Shown here: in pieces, positions 58,740-64,000 of the stretch
Layout: each line of letters begins with the position of its first letter
How positions within the stretch are numbered: position 1 is the first letter of the stretch
Source: Candidatus Aenigmatarchaeota archaeon
Lineage (GTDB): Archaea; Aenigmatarchaeota; Aenigmatarchaeia; PWEA01
Reading direction: 5' to 3'
Assembly: GCA_046539325.1 (NCBI GenBank)
Contig: JBKHHD010000006.1
Coordinates: 3,898-67,897, forward strand
DNA: 64,000 nucleotides
Notes under the pieces: generated by a model
Told to the model about the DNA's origin: nothing
Seen by the model: only the letters and a program-made list of their open reading frames with translations
The model's database searches: none
Made by a program: the position numbers and the translations under genes

Positions 58740-59576
58740 ATGGTATACGCCGACCTTCACGTACACACCACAGCCTCCGACGGACTTCTATCCCTGGAAG
58801 AGGTTATCAAAGAAGCAAAGAGTGAAAAGTTGGGAGCTATAGCTGTGACCGACCACGACACGGTGAACCCCAATCTAAAGAAGAGGGTGGAGAAAAGGAA
58901 CGGTCTGGAGGTTGTTTCAGGAACTGAAATAAAGGCCATTCACCGCGACACAAAGATAGAAATCCTGTGTTACTTCGTCGATCCGTCGGACAACTCCCTT
59001 CAAGAACTGTTCGACGAGATGAGGGGCAACAGGATAAACAGGATGAAAGAGATGGTCGAGAGGTTCAACTCCATGGACACAGGAATTAAACTGGGCTGGA
59101 AGGAAATAGTCGAGTCCGCAGGAGGACCTGTCGGTAGGCCGCACTTCGCAAGGGCAATAGCCAACAAGGGACTGACACAAGGCTCACGTGAGGCCTTCGA
59201 CAAGTACGCAAAGGAGGACAAATATCCCTACGTTTCACTGGAAAGACCTGACGCCAAAAGGGTCATAGAACTAGCACACGACTCCAGTGCACTGACCTCC
59301 CTTGCTCATCCTTGTACAGAAGAGATAGAGGACTTCGAGTCCTTCCTCGACAGTCTCGTCGACCTGGGACTGGACTGCTGCGAAACCTATTATCCGTACT
59401 CCGAGAGCCCGAAAAGCACTACGCTCGATCCCGAAGAGGTCAAAGGCATCATAGACAGGTTCGGTTTATTCAAGACAGGAGGTTCGGACTTCCACAACAG
59501 GAAGAGCTTCAAGATGGGTGCGGCAGGGGTAAGCAGAGGAACCTTAGAGGAGATAAAAGAAGCCGTTGGGGTCTAA
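58740..59576 (+). CDS. PHP-domain phosphoesterase (TrpH/YciV-like)
   Basis: YADLHVHTTASDG, AVTDHDT, SLAHP, GGSDFH. Confidence 0.82.
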   Translation: MVYADLHVHTTASDGLLSLEEVIKEAKSEKLGAIAVTDHDTVNPNLKKRVEKRNGLEVVSGTEIKAIHRDTKIEILCYFVDPSDNSLQELFDEMRGNRINRMKEMVERFNSMDTGIKLGWKEIVESAGGPVGRPHFARAIANKGLTQGSREAFDKYAKEDKYPYVSLERPDAKRVIELAHDSSALTSLAHPCTEEIEDFESFLDSLVDLGLDCCETYYPYSESPKSTTLDPEEVKGIIDRFGLFKTGGSDFHNRKSFKMGAAGVSRGTLEEIKEAVGV

Positions 59577-59643
59577 AATTCGCGCCACGTTCGTTTCTTT
59601 GTCTGAAACCCGGCTTCATAAAACTTATAACTCTTAACAAACT

Positions 59644-60546
59644 ATAGCCGTTTTTGTACTTCTGTTCGCGGTAGCTGTCGTTGCAGGCTGCACAGGCGAT
59701 GGAGCACCGGAAGAAAACGGTGGTGGTACCAACGGCGGTGATTTCAACAGAGAGGCCGTATCAGACCAGGAGACCTACTCCGGCGAATGGTCAGGCTCGA
59801 TTGGTGCAATGGGCGTCGAAGAAGAATACAGCGGAACGTGGCAGTTCGAGGTTGACTTCGAAGAAGGAACTGTAGAAGGTTGGTTTGAAGGCGACGGTTC
59901 TGGCGATATATCCGGAACGTTCTCAGACGGAACTATAAGCACAGAAGCCGAAGGAGACGCTGCTATGGGCGCAATAAAGTGGTCCGATGACTTTTCAGCT
60001 GACGGTGAAGAAGTTTCAGGTACCTGGGAAGGTGCTGAAGATGTTCCTGGATCCGGAACATGGAGCGGCTCACTGGGCGCAGTAGAGGAAGAGGAAGAAC
60101 AAGAAGAAGAGGATTCAGGCCCTTCGGTCTCAAGCATCGATGCAGAGTGGATAGGCTACGAAGGTGGTGAATTTGACGGTGGAGTTAGAATCAGGGCCAG
60201 AAACATGGACACAGAAAACTACGACTGGCGAGTTGAATCAGCGGACGAAAACGAAGATTACGTTGTTATCTACAACAACGACGAAGATGCGCTGTACATC
60301 ACACAGGCAGGAGATGAAACATGGACAAAGGCAACAGGAAGCCTTGCAGAGGATTTCGGCAAGGATAGCATGGAAGACATGGCTACATCCTCTGAAAAAT
60401 GGGCCGAAGACCTCGGCGAAGGAACACATGACGTTAACTACGGAGCAAGCAGCATGGAAATCGAAATCGATGTAAATCCATCACTGGAAGACGATCTCTT
60501 CGTTCCGCCTGAAGGCGCAGAAGTGGAAGAACCAATAATGGGCTAG
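59644..60546 (+). CDS. acidic secreted protein with lipobox-like signal (AVFVLLFAVAVVAG|C); start codon unresolved
   Basis: The track ORF starts at ATG 59809, but the frame is open from 59638 and encodes a hydrophobic h-region plus VVAGC. There is no ATG/GTG/TTG between the TAA at 59635 and 59809; ATA at 59644 is the nearest near-cognate codon. Confidence 0.55.
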   Translation: MAVFVLLFAVAVVAGCTGDGAPEENGGGTNGGDFNREAVSDQETYSGEWSGSIGAMGVEEEYSGTWQFEVDFEEGTVEGWFEGDGSGDISGTFSDGTISTEAEGDAAMGAIKWSDDFSADGEEVSGTWEGAEDVPGSGTWSGSLGAVEEEEEQEEEDSGPSVSSIDAEWIGYEGGEFDGGVRIRARNMDTENYDWRVESADENEDYVVIYNNDEDALYITQAGDETWTKATGSLAEDFGKDSMEDMATSSEKWAEDLGEGTHDVNYGASSMEIEIDVNPSLEDDLFVPPEGAEVEEPIMG

Positions 60547-60594
60547 TATCAAAGCCCTCCCCTCTCTTTTATTTTTCTCAGAACAACAGAAAGC

Positions 60595-62586
60595 CTACGG
60601 ATTAAGTATTTCACCCTTCTCTTCAACGTAGTCCAGAAGCCTTTTGTATGTCGGGTGTTTTTCTAGAGTTGTAGAGTCTCCAACCATTATCAGCTTCTTC
60701 CTGGCTCTTGTAATCGATACGTTAAGCCTTCTCAGATCTTTGAGGAAGCCTATGTTACCGTCTTCGTTGGAACGTACAAAGGAGAGAACTATAACGTCCT
60801 TCTGCCTTCCCTGAAAACCATCGACAGTTTTTATCTCCAGACCCTCTATGTCCAGCTTGCTGTTAAGCAGATCCACCTGGTCATCGTAAGGCGATATAAC
60901 TCCTATGTCTTCAGGATTTACGCCCAGGTCTATGCATTCACGCACTACTTCCTCGACCTTTTCAGCTTCCTTTTTGTTTTCCTTGGAAGTTGATCCCTTT
61001 CTGCTGCTCTCCTTCCATTTCCCTTCGTTGTCCAAAAACAGAACAATGTTTTCTGGATCGAAGACTTCTTTCATGAGCTTAGATGACGGCTCTCCTGAAA
61101 TCTGAAGCTTATGGTCCGCAACAGTTTCGTCAGCCTTCAGTTCACCGTCGTAGAACTCCTCGCTGGAGAAATCCATTATATCTGTGTTCATCCTGTACTG
61201 CTTCTCAAGCATCTCCTTTATGTCGGAGCTATGGACCTCCAACATTCTTTCGAAAAGCGTCTCCTCCAGGCCACGCTCCTTCGCCTCCTGATTAAGTATA
61301 GTCGGTGGGAGCTGCCTGTGGTCGCCTGCCATTATCGCCTTGTTGGCATGAGTGATCGGGATTAAGCATGAAGGTTCGGTTGCCTGGGTCGCCTCATCTA
61401 TAACCGCGACGTCGAAGTCCTTGTTCTCCATTAGCTCGCTTCCTGCCGTTGAGTTTGTCGCACATACAACGTCCACGCTTTCAATCACTTCGTCCACTGC
61501 TTCCTGCTCAAGTCTCTTCGCCTTCCTGACAACCTTGTTCTTCTCCTCCTGAAGTTCTATCCACTTAGCCATACTCTTTATCTTCTTCGCCGGAACTCCT
61601 CTCATTCCCTTCTCCTTCTTCGCAAGTTTCTTTATCTTCTTGTTGTCCATTCCCCTTCTCCACTTGCCAGAAGGAAAGGTCTCCTGGTCCTGCTTGTTCC
61701 CTATCTCACCGACCTTCTTCCAAAGCTTCTGTGACTCCTTGTACTTGCTTTTGCCCTCAACTATGTAGTCGAGAGTATGTTCCTGGAGCGTTTCCGTTAC
61801 TCTCGCAGGATGTCCAACTCTTACAACGTCCACACCCCTCTCGTCCAAGAAGTCTACAATATTATCCACAGCCACATTGGAATCAGCTGTCGCTAGAACC
61901 TTCTTTCCTCTTTCAACGTGCTGCTCTATAACCTCTATCAAAGCTGTAGTCTTCCCTGTTCCAGGCGGTCCGTGGACAAGGAACAGGTCCTCTGCCTCCA
62001 GGGACCTCTCCACAGCTTTCCTCTGCGACTCGTTCAGCTTCTCGTTGTTAACCTCCAGTTCCTCCGTTTCGTTAAACCTCGGTTCTATTTTACCAAGAAG
62101 TATACCTCTCAAATACATCTTCTTTCCTGTAACAACCTCGAAATGTTCCAGAGCATCCAACATCCTCTGGAAAGTAATATCGTTAACGTACAAATCAATG
62201 CGAAGATCCTTTCCGAAGACAAAGCGTGACGGGCTTCCCTGAAAAGCAACGGAAACAGAATAGCTCGTCTTCTCCACAACAGTTCCCGTCGGGTTGTTCG
62301 GGTTTAGTGGTTCGTCCTTCGAGACCATAACCAGGTCTCCGACGCTTATTTCGTGGTCCGGAAGCTCCTCGTTCCTAGAGAACTTCACGATCTGATCCCC
62401 ACCCAGGCCCTTCCCTTCATCCTTTCCCTTCACATGAAGAAGAGCTCTGCCCTTGCCCTGTCTCTCCTCCGGACTCAGATTCTCGATTTCACTCCTATGT
62501 CTCTCCATCTCCTCCTCCCTCTCCATCTCCACCAGCTCCGAGTACTTGTCCTCATAGGAGTTATAGTCTTTGAACATGGTGCTCAT
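60595..62586 (-). CDS. superfamily-1 helicase, Upf1/DNA2-like (AAA_11/AAA_12)
   Basis: [55 protein letters not shown]. Confidence 0.88.
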   Translation of the reverse strand: MSTMFKDYNSYEDKYSELVEMEREEEMERHRSEIENLSPEERQGKGRALLHVKGKDEGKGLGGDQIVKFSRNEELPDHEISVGDLVMVSKDEPLNPNNPTGTVVEKTSYSVSVAFQGSPSRFVFGKDLRIDLYVNDITFQRMLDALEHFEVVTGKKMYLRGILLGKIEPRFNETEELEVNNEKLNESQRKAVERSLEAEDLFLVHGPPGTGKTTALIEVIEQHVERGKKVLATADSNVAVDNIVDFLDERGVDVVRVGHPARVTETLQEHTLDYIVEGKSKYKESQKLWKKVGEIGNKQDQETFPSGKWRRGMDNKKIKKLAKKEKGMRGVPAKKIKSMAKWIELQEEKNKVVRKAKRLEQEAVDEVIESVDVVCATNSTAGSELMENKDFDVAVIDEATQATEPSCLIPITHANKAIMAGDHRQLPPTILNQEAKERGLEETLFERMLEVHSSDIKEMLEKQYRMNTDIMDFSSEEFYDGELKADETVADHKLQISGEPSSKLMKEVFDPENIVLFLDNEGKWKESSRKGSTSKENKKEAEKVEEVVRECIDLGVNPEDIGVISPYDDQVDLLNSKLDIEGLEIKTVDGFQGRQKDVIVLSFVRSNEDGNIGFLKDLRRLNVSITRARKKLIMVGDSTTLEKHPTYKRLLDYVEEKGEILNP

Positions 62587-62740
62587 AATCTAACCCCTAG
62601 AAAGTATTAAAAGGTTAAGTGGACCGGGCGAATTAATTCCGTATGTAGTGCCTAAAATCTAAGAACTGTAATAAAAATATAACAGTTGTTCTAAAATATA
62701 ACACATTTACAAGGAAGTATCCAATAAAATAACCATACCG

Positions 62741-63700
62741 GTGCCGCGGATGAAGGAACAGAACATAAACCAAGAAGACTGGGACTATCTGATCGTGCTT
62801 GATGCATGTAGATACGATGCTTTCGAGAAGGTCCATTCTAAGTATCTGGAAGGTGAACTGGAGAAAAGGCTCAGTAAAGGTTCCTCAACCACAGGCTGGC
62901 TTGAGAACTCCTTCCCAGGAGACTATGACTACTTGTATATATCCAGCAACCCCTTCGTCAACAGCCTTGGCCACTCACTTTCCGATATATCCACCGGATA
63001 CTACTCGAGCTGGAGGGCAACCGAACACTTCGGGAAGATAGTGGACTCGTGGAATCTGGACTGGGACCACGACCTGGAGACCGTGACTCCTGAAAAACTT
63101 ACGAAAAGAGCCGTTAAGCACATAGAGGAAGACGATTCCAAGGACCGAAGAACTATAATCCACTACATGCAGCCACACAGACCGTATCTTGAGGGCGACG
63201 TAGAAATAGAGAACATAGGACTGGAAAGAGCTGTAACCAAGGTCTCAGAAGACCAGGGCTTCTTTGAAAAATTACGCGCAGAGACCCTGTCCGTACTCTA
63301 CCACGTCTGGAAAAGAATGAGTGTTCCGATGAAGTACAGGATAAAGAAGCTTCTTGGCTACGAGACAAAGACCGAGAAGTTCATAATCAACGGTGGTGGA
63401 GATAAGATCGTGGAGTGGTATATGCAGAACTTGGAGCTCGCGTTGAAGTGGATAGAGAAACTTCTACCACACCTCGACGGCGAGGTTGTAATAACAGCCG
63501 ATCACGGTGAAGCATTCGGCGAGAACGGCATATGGTGGCACGAGTACAGGGAACACGTTCCTATACTACTAGAAGTTCCCTGGTTCAGAGTCGACATGGA
63601 CAAGTACAAGGAGGAAGATGGAAAGGTGGAGCCTGTAGAGGAAGAAAACGAGAAAGAGGACAAAATAAAGGACAAACTAAAAAAACTTGGTTACGCGTAA
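62741..63700 (+). CDS. alkaline-phosphatase-superfamily (sulfatase/phosphotransferase-like) protein
   Basis: LIVLDACRYD, MQPHRPY, ITADHGEAFGENG..WH; GTG 62741 or ATG 62750 start. Confidence 0.65.
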   Translation: MPRMKEQNINQEDWDYLIVLDACRYDAFEKVHSKYLEGELEKRLSKGSSTTGWLENSFPGDYDYLYISSNPFVNSLGHSLSDISTGYYSSWRATEHFGKIVDSWNLDWDHDLETVTPEKLTKRAVKHIEEDDSKDRRTIIHYMQPHRPYLEGDVEIENIGLERAVTKVSEDQGFFEKLRAETLSVLYHVWKRMSVPMKYRIKKLLGYETKTEKFIINGGGDKIVEWYMQNLELALKWIEKLLPHLDGEVVITADHGEAFGENGIWWHEYREHVPILLEVPWFRVDMDKYKEEDGKVEPVEEENEKEDKIKDKLKKLGYA

Positions 63701-63744
63701 CTATTTAAAAAATACACTGACAAAAGACTAACAGGGTTGGAAAC

Positions 63745-64000
63745 TTGAAGGACCTCTTTGAGAAAGCTTTCAGAAAATGTAAGGAAAGATGGTATCTGGT
63801 ATTACTTGCTGGAGTATTCCTCCTAGCTCTCAAGATAAGGCTTCTCACTGCAGACCTACACTGGCTCCAGGCCTACGACCCCTACTTCCACCTGAGATAT
63901 ACTAGTTACGTTTTCAACTTCGGAAAGATGCCTGTATGGGACCCGCTTTCGTACTTTCCACCCGGACGTCCCATAATACATCCTCCGCTTATGTACACTC
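63745..64000 (+). CDS. aglB: oligosaccharyltransferase AglB/STT3, N-terminal fragment (runs off the window)
   Basis: TTG start; TM then LQAYDPYFHLRY...PVWDPLSYFPPGRP, the STT3 first-loop motif; open to the window end, not in the track. Confidence 0.7.
   Translation, partial: MKDLFEKAFRKCKERWYLVLLAGVFLLALKIRLLTADLHWLQAYDPYFHLRYTSYVFNFGKMPVWDPLSYFPPGRPIIHPPLMYT

Noticed and set aside
59635-59637. Stop-codon reassignment (TAA as sense) to explain the in-frame TAA before the lipoprotein signal.
   Set aside because: TAA, TAG and TGA each terminate well-conserved genes here at the expected length, for example TAG for the thermosome, TAA for pheS and the M24 peptidase, and TGA for secE and top6B.
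1-64000. Calling the organism a halophile (for example Nanohaloarchaeota) from the acidic proteins.
   Set aside because: The proteins are rich in Glu but also very rich in Lys. Poly-E tails are confined to termini. Composition alone cannot distinguish halophily from other small-genome archaeal lineages, and there is no rRNA in the window to place it.

Overview
Archaeal chromosomal segment, gene-dense, mostly + strand and dominated by information-processing genes. These include thermosome, Topo VI B/A, aIF-1A, NMD3, Dim2-like KH protein, FtsZ, MinD-like ATPase, SecE-Spt5-L11-L1-P0-P1, histone, RPA, RadA and Hjc. Also present are Gly/Phe(alpha,beta)/Leu/Ala-tRNA synthetases, tRNA-splicing endonuclease, endonuclease IV and a partial AglB. 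I cannot assign the lineage. Compact spacing, Glu/Lys-rich proteins with acidic tails and multi-intron tRNAs are reminiscent of small-genome (DPANN-like) archaea, but that is inference only.

Five tRNA genes are present. Three are interrupted at non-canonical positions. Two small translocon genes (Sec61-beta, SecE) fall below the ORF-track cutoff.

The less ordinary parts are:
1. A complete archaeal type-IV-pilus-like locus (4.9-13.8 kb) with six class-III-signal-peptide proteins, a two-gene membrane platform and an ATPase with a long acidic N-terminal extension.
2. A 715-bp gene-free field (51.45-52.19 kb) packed with two families of oriented short repeats, next to an AAA+/winged-helix gene. 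It is linked by a shared 12-mer to two other sites, one in an AT-rich spacer near 44.7 kb and one in the DUF373 gene 3' end at 46.05 kb.
3. Unusual domain or sequence states in otherwise housekeeping genes: a CBS x4 + HPF-like fusion, an HQxxH archaemetzincin, a bacterial-type LeuRS, L11 with a ~95-aa acidic tail while P0 lacks its tail, and a tRNA-Arg carrying G3:U70.
4. Three protein-like reading frames that lack any ATG/GTG/TTG start, and one frameshifted Toprim gene.

No CRISPR array, rRNA, transposase or integrase was seen. All calls come from reading the sequence and recalled family motifs. No searches were run.
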